From positions 21,741-85,740 of the forward strand of contig JAPKEL010000002.1 in assembly GCA_028822065.1 (NCBI GenBank): 64,000 nucleotides of DNA, in the 5' to 3' direction. The notes beneath the pieces were generated by a model, which did not search any database, was not told the origin of the DNA, and was given only the letters and a program-made list of their open reading frames with translations. This DNA comes from Woeseiaceae bacterium. Lineage in GTDB: Bacteria > Pseudomonadota > Gammaproteobacteria > Steroidobacterales > Woeseiaceae. Below are positions 28,804-38,002 of the stretch, in pieces. The position numbers and the translations under genes are program-made. Each line of letters opens with the position of its first letter. Position 1 is the first letter of the stretch.

Positions 28804-29774
28804 AAACTGATATCCGAACTAGGGGCTCCACCTAATCCTGATTTCATGATAGAAACGACACCATCTATTTCAGCTAGTCTCTTCTCGATTCGAGCTTCGT
28901 TTTCAGGAAGACAAACCGCCTTTATCTGAGGACCTGCATCCATCGTAAAGAAAACAGATTCGCCACTTTGTTGCAAATCACGAAGGGCATGCATGCAATT
29001 AAGCGTCGCTGCATTCCAGTAAACGACAGATGGTTTAGTAGTCCACATAACCGAATGCATCTTCAAACAATTATGCTCAGAGACTGCCGCCAATTTCTCA
29101 AAATCCTTATTTATCACTGCTAGCCTTGCCTCTTTCATATCAGGCGACTGATTTTCAATCCACGCTGAGTAGAAAGGAGAAGAACGGGAGCTTAAATTCA
29201 TGGCCCGTGAAGAAGAAATACTTTTTTTATTCTTATCAGTGATTGCAATCACAACACTTAATGGCCATCGCTTTGCTTTTGATAATTGCTTTATCTTAAT
29301 AGTATTCGATGTATTTGTAAGTTCAACAATACCACCCATTAAAGATCTTGCTGCAGAACCTGAAATGCTGCCTGCTTGAGCAGCAAATAATTGTATGTCT
29401 GATTTTTTATTAATGGCCATATTTGCAGCAACAACTAATGCTGAAAATGAGGAGGAAGAAGATGCCAGGCCAGCTGATATTGGAAAATTACATTCACTTT
29501 CGATCCTAGCAAAGTCGCGGTTTTTCCCAACAACAAGATCTAAACATTGACTGACACGTGATAAATTTGGCTCATCTTTAACACCATTTATAAGCAGCTC
29601 ATCTCGATTGAAATTAGAGGAAAAACCGACCTTCATATTCGTCCATAAACCACCTAATGTGAGGGACAAGGAATCAACAGCAGGTAAATTTTTTACTGCA
29701 TCTCTCTTACCCCAATATTTGATCAATGCAATATTAGGATGTGATTGAGCTATTGCTTGCATAAAATTATCCAT
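28800..29774 (-). CDS. mvaD: Diphosphomevalonate decarboxylase
   Basis: 324 aa. Motifs: HPNIALIKYWGKRD, SAGLASSSSSFSALV and FFTMDAGPQ. There is a 4-nt overlap with the PMK start. Confidence 0.9.
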   Translation of the reverse strand: MDNFMQAIAQSHPNIALIKYWGKRDAVKNLPAVDSLSLTLGGLWTNMKVGFSSNFNRDELLINGVKDEPNLSRVSQCLDLVVGKNRDFARIESECNFPISAGLASSSSSFSALVVAANMAINKKSDIQLFAAQAGSISGSAARSLMGGIVELTNTSNTIKIKQLSKAKRWPLSVVIAITDKNKKSISSSRAMNLSSRSSPFYSAWIENQSPDMKEARLAVINKDFEKLAAVSEHNCLKMHSVMWTTKPSVVYWNAATLNCMHALRDLQQSGESVFFTMDAGPQIKAVCLPENEARIEKRLAEIDGVVSIMKSGLGGAPSSDISL

Positions 29775-29901
29775 TATTTAAAAATTGCACTGTAAATAAA
29801 TTATACGTGTATTTTAATGCAACTATTTGTGTCATTTTATATCGATATTGTGTTTATATATCCCCTTAACAATATTATTACATCTTACTCAGAGACTTAA
29901 T

Positions 29902-30789
29902 ATGTCAATGAATGCGCCTAACGCAATTAAAAACTATAAAAAACGCATTAATTCACTATTAGATGAAGCACTACCTTTATCTAATAATCTTTCCACATTA
30001 AATGATGCAATGCGTTACGCTGTCATAAATGGTGGTAAGCGTATTCGACCACTTCTCATCTACGGCTCCGGAATGTGCCTAGACATTCAAATAAATAAAC
30101 TTGATATTCCAGCAATTTCAATTGAACTTTTGCATGCATTTTCCCTGGTTCACGATGATCTCCCATCGATGGATAACGATGATTTAAGAAGAGGATTACC
30201 CACTACACACAAAAAATTCTCTGAAGCTACAGCTATTCTTGCGGCAGATGCTCTTCAAATCCTCGCATTTGAAATAATAGCTAACTCTAGACCCTTGAGT
30301 GATCACGAAAAAACTAAGCTAATTTTATTAATTGCAAAAGCTTGCGGATCATCAGGCATGACGGGTGGCCAATCAATTGATTTGGCTTCTGAAGGAAAAA
30401 CTCTAAATAAGTCAGAATTACATGAAATGCATGCAATGAAAACGGGAGCATTAATACACGCCTCTATTATGGCGCCCTTTTATTTGATGGACACCTCCAA
30501 GCATGACACCCAAAAAACAATGAGTGAATATGGATGGACATTGGGACTTGCCTTCCAAATCCGTGATGATTTGCTAGATATCGAAGAAACAACCGAAGTA
30601 ATAGGAAAAACAGCCAACTCAGATATTAAAAATAATAAAGCCACCTGGCCATCACTTTTCGGAGTCAAGGAATCTCATAAGTATTGCGATGAATTATTAG
30701 CGAAATGCTTAGATCATCTAGAGATTTTTAATCATAAAGCTGATCCACTAAGATGGCTCACTAATTACCTAATAAACAGACAGCATTAA
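29902..30789 (+). CDS. ispA: Farnesyl diphosphate synthase ((2E,6E)-FPP synthase)
   Basis: Start moved to the ATG at 29902 (MSMNAPNAIKNYKK...). The track ORF starts at a TTG 25 codons upstream in hydrophobic, non-homologous sequence. FARM motif LVHDDLPSMDNDDLRRG and SARM motif FQIRDDLLD. Confidence 0.9.
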   Translation: MSMNAPNAIKNYKKRINSLLDEALPLSNNLSTLNDAMRYAVINGGKRIRPLLIYGSGMCLDIQINKLDIPAISIELLHAFSLVHDDLPSMDNDDLRRGLPTTHKKFSEATAILAADALQILAFEIIANSRPLSDHEKTKLILLIAKACGSSGMTGGQSIDLASEGKTLNKSELHEMHAMKTGALIHASIMAPFYLMDTSKHDTQKTMSEYGWTLGLAFQIRDDLLDIEETTEVIGKTANSDIKNNKATWPSLFGVKESHKYCDELLAKCLDHLEIFNHKADPLRWLTNYLINRQH

Positions 30790-30809
30790 GGTTTGAAAAA
30801 TTAACGATT

Positions 30810-31757
30810 ATGTATGAACAATATTTTGGCCTAGATTCTAAACCATTTACAATAACTCCTGACCCACGTTATTTGTTCATGAGCGACCGTCATACCGAAG
30901 GTTTGGCTCATTTACTTTATGGGGTAACAGACAGCGGGGGGTTCATTCAATTAACCGGGGACGTTGGAACAGGGAAAACAACCCTAATCCGCGCTCTTCT
31001 AGAACAACTGCCAAAAAAAATTGAAATTGCTTTAATTATGCATACGCAAATTTCTGCGCAAGAGTTCTTGCTTGAGATTTGCAATGAACTCAAGGTTAAA
31101 ATAACCGGAACGAGTGTTATTGATATCGTCAATTCACTCAATCAGTATTTGCTAGAACAATATTCGAATGGAAGACGTGTGATTTTATTGGTTGACGAAG
31201 CCCAAAATTTATCAACTGAAGTATTGGAACAACTTCGACTGCTCACAAATCTCGAAACAGCACAGAAAAAACTATTACAAATAATTTTAATTGGACAACC
31301 TGAGTTACGCGATGTATTGGCAAAAAATAATTTAAGTAATTTAGCGCAAAGAATTACGGCTAGATATCATTTACAACCTCTATCAAGATTAGAGACTGGT
31401 TTATACATAGATCATAGGTTGAAAATCTCAGGAGCAACGACTAAAATTTTTGATAAGAAAGCAAAAAAAGAAATCTTTAAATTTTCCTCGGGCATCCCTC
31501 GCTTAATCAATGTTATCTGTGACCGCGCCCTCCTCGGGGCATATGGCATAGGATCAACCGAAATAAATAGAGAGCTTATAATAAAAGCAAATAGAGAAAT
31601 TCAAGGAGAAATTATCCCAGTAAGAATGAAACGATGGCCTCTTTTTGTAGTTTCAATATTAATGCTATCTTTAATCACACTTCTTTTTAATTACAACTAT
31701 TTAGATTTAGACACAATAAACAAAATAATGAAAAAAATTTTTCAAGTAGAGAGTTAA
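30810..31757 (+). CDS. ExeA/GspA-like AAA ATPase, short form without a peptidoglycan-binding domain
   Basis: 315 aa. FGLDSKPFTITPDPRYLFMS, Walker A GDVGTGKTT, Walker B LLVDEAQNL and a C-terminal TM helix WPLFVVSILMLSLITLLF. Confidence 0.8.
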   Translation: MYEQYFGLDSKPFTITPDPRYLFMSDRHTEGLAHLLYGVTDSGGFIQLTGDVGTGKTTLIRALLEQLPKKIEIALIMHTQISAQEFLLEICNELKVKITGTSVIDIVNSLNQYLLEQYSNGRRVILLVDEAQNLSTEVLEQLRLLTNLETAQKKLLQIILIGQPELRDVLAKNNLSNLAQRITARYHLQPLSRLETGLYIDHRLKISGATTKIFDKKAKKEIFKFSSGIPRLINVICDRALLGAYGIGSTEINRELIIKANREIQGEIIPVRMKRWPLFVVSILMLSLITLLFNYNYLDLDTINKIMKKIFQVES

Positions 31758-31758
31758 G

Positions 31759-32319
31759 ATGTCCTTTATCTTAGATGCCTTAAAAAAATCTGAACGCGAG
31801 AGGCAAAAGAAGAGCACGCCAAAAATATCCAGTGTTTTACTGGAGCAAAAAAAGCCCATGAGGCCTAAGTGGCCTCGATTAACAGTCTTTTCGCTACTGA
31901 TAATCATTACTGTGCTTCTAATTGGTATATTTTATCCAAACGCTTTAAGCCTGATTAACAAAAAGCAACAAACTAATATCGATTTAACCCAAGAAAAAAA
32001 GGGGTTTCCAGATATAAAAATAAGTAATCAAAGTCAAAATGTTAGAACAAAAGAAATCATTGAAGCTATGGATAGTAATGAAACAACTGAAATATTTAAT
32101 ATTGACATCGTTAACTCAAAGTACAATCTCTTCTTACCAGAATTACATATTGATATTCATGTCTACAGCGAGATTCCAACTGAACGATTTGTGTTTATAA
32201 ATATGAAAAAATATAATGAAGGCGATATATTGACTGCAGGTCCAGCGCTTGAAACTATAACTGTGGAAGGTGCTATTCTAAGTTTAAACAATATTCTTTT
32301 TCTATTACCTAAAAATTAA
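31759..32319 (+). CDS. GspB/ExeB-like protein
   Basis: 186 aa. The N-terminus MSFILDALKKSERERQ is characteristic of GspB family proteins. One TM helix. The start is 1 nt after the exeA-like stop. Confidence 0.7.
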   Translation: MSFILDALKKSERERQKKSTPKISSVLLEQKKPMRPKWPRLTVFSLLIIITVLLIGIFYPNALSLINKKQQTNIDLTQEKKGFPDIKISNQSQNVRTKEIIEAMDSNETTEIFNIDIVNSKYNLFLPELHIDIHVYSEIPTERFVFINMKKYNEGDILTAGPALETITVEGAILSLNNILFLLPKN

Positions 32320-32327
32320 GTAATTAC

Positions 32328-34151
32328 TTGGCTTCTATGCAAACCAATACCCTTTCTTACATTAATGGCAATGTATTTGCAAAAGCGTTGCAATCAGGTA
32401 TTTATAAAGTCATTAAATCCCAGGAAAATTTAAATTCAATTAATGTTTTCCCAGTCGCTGATGCTGACACAGGGACAAATCTTTGTCTCTCTCTCGGCCC
32501 ACTGATTGGTGTCATTGAGAGTAAAAAAAATCACCACTTAGGTACCTTACTTGAGGAGCTTGCCGATAAACTACTCGATAACTCACGAGGTAATTCAGGT
32601 AGTATCATCGCTCAATTCTTTCAAGGAATGAGTGAGAATGCTAATAATAAAAGTGAATTCTCACCGAAGGATTTCTCAAAATCAATCAAACTAGGAAGCG
32701 AATATGCTAAAGATGCATTGTCAAAACCGATTGAAGGAACCATTATTACCGTTATTTCGAGATTTGCAGAAAATTTTTCTAATGAAATCGAAAATAATCC
32801 TGATAAAGACTTTTTAACCATATATAACGTGGTTCTTCCGTTATTAAAAGCAGCCGTCACTGAAACAAAAAATCAATTGGATGTCTTAAAAAAAGCCAAT
32901 GTAGTGGATGCTGGAGCCAAGGGTTTTTACCTCCTAATGAAAGGCTTTATTAATCACCTTGTTTTAGGAGAAGTGGAGTCGAAGCCAAATGAATCAATTG
33001 CCTCATATACTGAATCGGAAATAAACTTCAATGAAGCACTAAACCCAACAAACTATCAATATTGTACAGAATGCATTATCAAAGGAGTAGACATTGATAG
33101 AAGGAAACTAAGAGAGGCTTTAACCAAGTATGGCGATTCTATTGTGATTGCAGGAACAAAGCAAAAAGCAAAAATTCATATCCATACCGACGAGCCTAAC
33201 ACTATCTTCAATTATGTAAAAAAATATGGCGAGACTTCTTCAGAAAAAGCCGATGACATGTTTCTACAACAGAAAATCAGCAGTAACACCACTAATAAAT
33301 TTGCTGTCATTACCGATTCTGCAGCTGACATAAGTGATGAAGATATTGAAAATCTGGATATTCATATTGTTCCAATCCGAATTCAATTTGGAGAAAAAGG
33401 ATACTTAGATAAAGTAAGTATAACCCCAAAAGAATTTTTCGAAGAGCTTAAAAATAATCCTACCCACCCAACAACATCACAACCATCAATAGGTGATTTA
33501 AGGAGGCAATATCAATACTTAGCCAGTCATTTTACAAATGTTATTTCAATAAATATCTCTAATAAGATCAGTGGAACTTACGATGCAGCTAAATTAGCTT
33601 CAAAGAAAATTACAGCATCTGGGAAGATCCATATTTTTAATTCTCTGAATGCATCTCTTGGTCAAGGACAAATTACTGTAGTGGCAGCTCAATGCGCGAA
33701 AGCAGGAATGGATATCCAAGAAACACTAAATACTTTAAAAGAAATAAGAACACACACCAAAACATATGGAATTACTCCAAGTTTGCAATATGCAGTTCGA
33801 GGTGGTCGTGTCCCAAATTCAATAAAATTGATTGCAGAAATAATGCGACTAACGCCAATTTTACAAACAACTCCAGACGGAAATATAAAAACTAAACATT
33901 TCTTATTTGGCAAAAAAGATGTGTTAAGAAAATTTTCAAAATTTATAAGTAAGCGCCACAATAAAGACAAAAAATTCACAATATCAATAGGCCATGCTTG
34001 TGCTTTAGATAAAGCTGAATTACTAAAATCTTATTTTACGCTTGATCTCCCAGAAGCTGCTGAATGTAAAATAACAGAACTTGGTTCTGCTATCGGCGTT
34101 CATGTGGGGCTAGGAGCTATTATGATAGGAATCCAAACTCAGCCTGATTAA
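32328..34151 (+). CDS. Dak2 (FakA-like kinase) domain fused to a DegV (FakB-like fatty-acid-binding) domain
   Basis: 607 aa, with a TTG at 32328 or an ATG at 32337. N-terminal motifs: NVFPVADADTGTN, NSRGNSGSI and VVDAGAKGF. Central motifs: YCTECIIKG...GDSIVIAGTKQKAKIHIHT. C-terminal part from residue 324: FAVITDSAADISDEDI, TSQPS and ISGTY (DegV). Confidence 0.82.
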   Translation: MASMQTNTLSYINGNVFAKALQSGIYKVIKSQENLNSINVFPVADADTGTNLCLSLGPLIGVIESKKNHHLGTLLEELADKLLDNSRGNSGSIIAQFFQGMSENANNKSEFSPKDFSKSIKLGSEYAKDALSKPIEGTIITVISRFAENFSNEIENNPDKDFLTIYNVVLPLLKAAVTETKNQLDVLKKANVVDAGAKGFYLLMKGFINHLVLGEVESKPNESIASYTESEINFNEALNPTNYQYCTECIIKGVDIDRRKLREALTKYGDSIVIAGTKQKAKIHIHTDEPNTIFNYVKKYGETSSEKADDMFLQQKISSNTTNKFAVITDSAADISDEDIENLDIHIVPIRIQFGEKGYLDKVSITPKEFFEELKNNPTHPTTSQPSIGDLRRQYQYLASHFTNVISINISNKISGTYDAAKLASKKITASGKIHIFNSLNASLGQGQITVVAAQCAKAGMDIQETLNTLKEIRTHTKTYGITPSLQYAVRGGRVPNSIKLIAEIMRLTPILQTTPDGNIKTKHFLFGKKDVLRKFSKFISKRHNKDKKFTISIGHACALDKAELLKSYFTLDLPEAAECKITELGSAIGVHVGLGAIMIGIQTQPD

Positions 34152-34162
34152 GTGACTAACTT

Positions 34163-34936
34163 TTAATCCCTTATTCCAACACCACGCTTCAACAATACAA
34201 AACTGAGTGTGAATAAAATCACTATAAATGCGCATACCACTATATAAGCATAGCTGATATCAATATCAGAGGTTCCTAGAATTCCATAACGAAATGCATT
34301 TACCATATATAAAATTGGGTTAAATTTGCTTGCGAATTGCCAAAAATCAGGAAGTAAATTAATGGAATAAAACACTCCGCCTAAATAAGTCAGAGGAGTA
34401 ATAATAAATGTAGGAATAATGGCTATATCATCAAATTTCTTAGCATATAAAGCATTGATAAATCCTGCCATTGCAAATACCACCGAAGACAAGAAAACTA
34501 TTGAAAATGTTATTAGCGGATGTTTTAACTCCAATTTCGTGAAGCTTAATGCAATGATCGTTACCATTGCACCCACGAGCAATCCACGCAAAACTCCACC
34601 GGCGATATGCCCAAGAATAATAGTGGCATTAGACATAGGCGACACTAACATTTCTTCTATATGGCCTCCATATTTAGCTCCAAAAAAAGAAGACACAACA
34701 TTCCCATATGAATTGGTTATAACCGACATCATAATTATACCAGGGGCAATAAATTGCATATAACTGTAACCACCCATAACGCCCACTCGGGAGCCAATTA
34801 GATTACCAAAAATCACGAAATACAGTGTCATGGTAATTGCTGGTGGCACAATAGTTTGTATCCAAATTCGTAACACACGAATAACTTCTTTTCTAACAAT
34901 TGTATAAAATGCAATCATGTTTAAATTAAGATTCAT
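34163..34936 (-). CDS. ABC-2 type transporter permease
   Basis: Start placed at the ATG at 34936 (MNLNLNMIAFYT...), 1 nt after the ATPase stop. About six hydrophobic segments. Pairs with the upstream ATPase. Confidence 0.8.
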   Translation of the reverse strand: MNLNLNMIAFYTIVRKEVIRVLRIWIQTIVPPAITMTLYFVIFGNLIGSRVGVMGGYSYMQFIAPGIIMMSVITNSYGNVVSSFFGAKYGGHIEEMLVSPMSNATIILGHIAGGVLRGLLVGAMVTIIALSFTKLELKHPLITFSIVFLSSVVFAMAGFINALYAKKFDDIAIIPTFIITPLTYLGGVFYSINLLPDFWQFASKFNPILYMVNAFRYGILGTSDIDISYAYIVVCAFIVILFTLSFVLLKRGVGIRD

Positions 34937-34937
34937 G

Positions 34938-35873
34938 TTATGAGTGTTCCTCAGAAATATCTTTTTTTGAGTCAACAAGTCTCATAAATAACTCTTCGAG
35001 TCGATTAGATTTATTTCGAAGGCTTGATACTTTAATATTTTCTTTATTCAATAACTCAAATAAGTCATTAATTCCATGGTCCTCGTCCACCAATATTTCT
35101 AAGACATTTTCACCCATCATTGAATAAGTAAATCCTTTTAGATTAGGGTCTTCAGTTAATTCATTCTCTAAATTCAAAACAAAAGTTTCTTGCTTAAGCT
35201 GCCTCAATAATTCGCCCATACGGGTATCTTCTATAATCATACCTTCGTCAATAATGGCTACATTCCGACATAGATTCTCGGCCTCCTCAAGATAATGAGT
35301 AGTAAGGATAATAGTTGTTCCATTTGCATTAATATTTTTAAAAAATTTCCACATTGAACGCCTTATTTCTATGTCTACTCCAGCTGTTGGCTCATCTAGT
35401 ATTAATAATTCTGGCTCATGAATGAGCGCTCTGGCTATCATTAATCTTCTCTTCATACCACCGGATAAAGTTCTAGAGATATCATCTCTTTTATCCCATA
35501 ATTTTAATTCACCGAGATATTTCTTTGCTCTTTGCAAGGCAATACTTCTTTTAATCCCATAAAAGCCAGCTTGATTTACCAGAATGTTTAATGGTGTATC
35601 AAATGTATTGAAATTCACTTCTTGGGGTACCATTCCAATATGCATTTTAACTGACTCAGGGTGAGTAGCTAAATTATAGCCAAATACCTCAATATTGCCT
35701 GAACTTTTCTCAACTAAAGAACAAACAATTCGAATTGCCGTCGTTTTACCAGCTCCATTTGGTCCGAGGAGAGAATAAAACCCACCTACATCAACCTTCA
35801 AATTAATTCCTTTTAAAGCCGTGAACCCATTTGCATAGGTTTTAGCTAGATTTTTTATTATGAGTGCTGACAT
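34938..35873 (-). CDS. ABC transporter ATP-binding protein (ABC-2/YadG type)
   Basis: Start placed at MSALIIKNL (ATG at 35873). Walker A GPNGAGKTT, signature LSGGMKRRL and Walker B LLILDEPT. Confidence 0.88.
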   Translation of the reverse strand: MSALIIKNLAKTYANGFTALKGINLKVDVGGFYSLLGPNGAGKTTAIRIVCSLVEKSSGNIEVFGYNLATHPESVKMHIGMVPQEVNFNTFDTPLNILVNQAGFYGIKRSIALQRAKKYLGELKLWDKRDDISRTLSGGMKRRLMIARALIHEPELLILDEPTAGVDIEIRRSMWKFFKNINANGTTIILTTHYLEEAENLCRNVAIIDEGMIIEDTRMGELLRQLKQETFVLNLENELTEDPNLKGFTYSMMGENVLEILVDEDHGINDLFELLNKENIKVSSLRNKSNRLEELFMRLVDSKKDISEEHS

Positions 35874-36143
35874 ATGGTAATTATCGCATATTGCTCTATT
35901 GTTATGATATGACGTTAACAAAAATATTAGAGCGTAACCGCTTTGTCTTCATCAAGATTAATCAATAATTAAATTATTTTACCCTACTCTGAAGAATGTA
36001 AATAATGGCTCATCATATTTATCGTATTTGAGCCCATGATAAAAATATTTAAGTTAAAGTACACTTGATATCACCTCTTAAAATAAATACCCACAAGAAA
36101 CGAGGAAAAGACTATTAAAAGACATGTATTTTCTGGAAATTAT

Positions 36144-36995
36144 TTGCATCAACCTCATTTATACAAAGATAAGATTAATAATGAAGTTGCCTTGAATAAT
36201 AACAATCATCGGTTTATCTTTATCCTAAAAGGTCAGTGCCTATCATCAAATGATTCCAAAACAATTTTATTTTTTAAAGCGGTTGAAGCAAAAAAATACT
36301 TCACCATTAAAGCTCATGTTTTTCTTGGTGAGTTTAATAATAATTTTATTTTTGCCTGTGAAATAAATGAAAAACAATCATTACTATTAAAGAAAATTGG
36401 TCATTTCTCTAATTTGAGAATATTAGCGGCTAATCTTTCCGTTGAAGAATCTCATATTGCTGCAAAAGCAATCGCCTTAATAAATTGGCATAAGATTAAT
36501 AAATTTTGCAAGAAATGTGGGGCAAAAACTAGGCAATATCTTCAAGGTCAAACAAGAAAATGTGACAGTATAAAATGTGAATATCAAATATTCCCAAGAT
36601 TGGACCCTGCTATAATCGTTTTAGTTATAGATCAAAGCCGATGCTTGCTCGGTCGTCCAAAAAACTGGCCTCAGCTACAGTTCTCAACTATTGCAGGATT
36701 CGTGGAACCTGCTGAGAGTCTCGAGGATGCGGTAATTAGAGAAGTTTTCGAAGAAACCAATATTAAAGTTGATAACATTAAATACCATAGCTCACAACCA
36801 TGGCCATTCCCCTCCTCCTTAATGCTTGGTTTCACTGCAGTTGCACTCTCAAATGAAATTAAATTAAATGACAATGAATTAGAACAAGCAAAATGGTTTT
36901 CAAGAGACGAACTTACTTCTGGACGTATTAAATTACCACCAACATTATCCATTTCACGAGCTCTTATTGATGGATGGATTAGAAATGAGTATTAA
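36144..36995 (+). CDS. nudC: NAD+ diphosphatase (NADH pyrophosphatase)
   Basis: 283 aa with a TTG start and no in-frame ATG nearby. Zinc ribbon CKKCGAKT...CDSIKCEYQ. Nudix box GFVEPAESLEDAVIREVFEETNI. NudC-specific motif SQPWPFPSS. Confidence 0.88.
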   Translation: MHQPHLYKDKINNEVALNNNNHRFIFILKGQCLSSNDSKTILFFKAVEAKKYFTIKAHVFLGEFNNNFIFACEINEKQSLLLKKIGHFSNLRILAANLSVEESHIAAKAIALINWHKINKFCKKCGAKTRQYLQGQTRKCDSIKCEYQIFPRLDPAIIVLVIDQSRCLLGRPKNWPQLQFSTIAGFVEPAESLEDAVIREVFEETNIKVDNIKYHSSQPWPFPSSLMLGFTAVALSNEIKLNDNELEQAKWFSRDELTSGRIKLPPTLSISRALIDGWIRNEY

Positions 36996-37011
36996 TTAAT
37001 CAAACAAATAT

Positions 37012-37692
37012 TCAAATAATTAAATTTTTTGATATCCATACACCGATATCTTTAATCTCATTTTGACAGACAGAATGGTCCATAGGGTATTCATTCCATA
37101 ACACTGAATACTGCATTTCCTCAAGCTTCAGTCGTGACAGTTTCCCAGCATCAAAAGGAATAACTGGATCATATTGACCGTGTGCTAAAAATATTGGTAA
37201 ATCTCTAGGTTGAGATTTATCGTTCTCAATAACTTCGCTATTCAGAGTCGATTCAAGTGGTAAATATGTCGATAATGCCAGTAATCCACCAAGTTTTTTC
37301 GGGTATCTTAAAGCTGTATGCAAAGCAATAGCGCCACCTTGAGAGAAACCAGCAATAATAATTCTTCTTGATGTAATGCCTCTTTTCTTTTCTCGCTCAA
37401 TTAAGGATTCTAGCATTAAAGTACTTTGCCTAATTCCTTCCTCATCTTGAGTTCCATCTCTATCAAGACTCATAACGTCAAACCAAGCGCGCATAGTCAT
37501 ACCCCCATTAATAGTAATAGATCGAAGTGGCGCATGAGGGAAAATAAAACGCAAGCCAAGATTTTTTGGAATTTCTAATTGGGGTACAATTGGTTCAAAA
37601 TCACTCCCATCTGCACCAAGACCATGCAACCAAATTACAGTTGCAGTGGGAGTGCCATTTATTTCTTTTTCTATTACCTCATTCTTATTCAA
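37012..37692 (-). CDS. Carboxylesterase / phospholipase family alpha/beta hydrolase
   Basis: 226 aa. WLHGLGADG, the GFSQGGA nucleophile elbow and a C-terminal HGQYDPVIP...MDHS triad region. Confidence 0.85.
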   Translation of the reverse strand: MNKNEVIEKEINGTPTATVIWLHGLGADGSDFEPIVPQLEIPKNLGLRFIFPHAPLRSITINGGMTMRAWFDVMSLDRDGTQDEEGIRQSTLMLESLIEREKKRGITSRRIIIAGFSQGGAIALHTALRYPKKLGGLLALSTYLPLESTLNSEVIENDKSQPRDLPIFLAHGQYDPVIPFDAGKLSRLKLEEMQYSVLWNEYPMDHSVCQNEIKDIGVWISKNLII

Positions 37693-37821
37693 TTTCGAAC
37701 ATCCTTAGAGAGAAGAGTGCACTATCGAAGATAGATGATAATCTATTATACGAATATGAAATATAAAATAAGCCAATAATTAATATATCATTAATATAAA
37801 GGTTGAAATAAAGGTAGTTGC

Positions 37822-37956
37822 ATGAACAAAAAATATCTCAAACATAACTTTATAGGGTTCCTTATCATTCTTTTTCTGATTGAAGGTTGTGGGCAAAAGG
37901 GTCCTTTGATCCTTCCTGATGAAAAGCCATCAGCAAAACTAAACTTTAATATATAA
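37822..37956 (+). CDS. lptM: LptM/YifL-like small lipoprotein, unannotated micro-ORF
   Basis: Below the ORF-track size cutoff. My translation is MNKKYLKHNFIGFLIILFLIEGCGQKGPLILPDEKPSAKLNFNI*. The lipobox and the GCGQKGPL(I/Y)LP motif match the YifL/LptM family. Confidence 0.65.
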   Translation: MNKKYLKHNFIGFLIILFLIEGCGQKGPLILPDEKPSAKLNFNI

Positions 37957-38002
37957 AAATAATCAAATTAAGATTCACTAAATAAAAATTCGGTAAATAA
38001 AA

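Noticed and set aside
29827-29901. A TTG-initiated 25-codon N-terminal extension of ispA given in the ORF track.
   Set aside because: The extension (MCHFISILCLYIPLTILLHLTQRLN) is hydrophobic and unlike FPP synthases. Homology begins at the ATG at 29902. The region is more likely the divergent promoter shared with the MVA operon.
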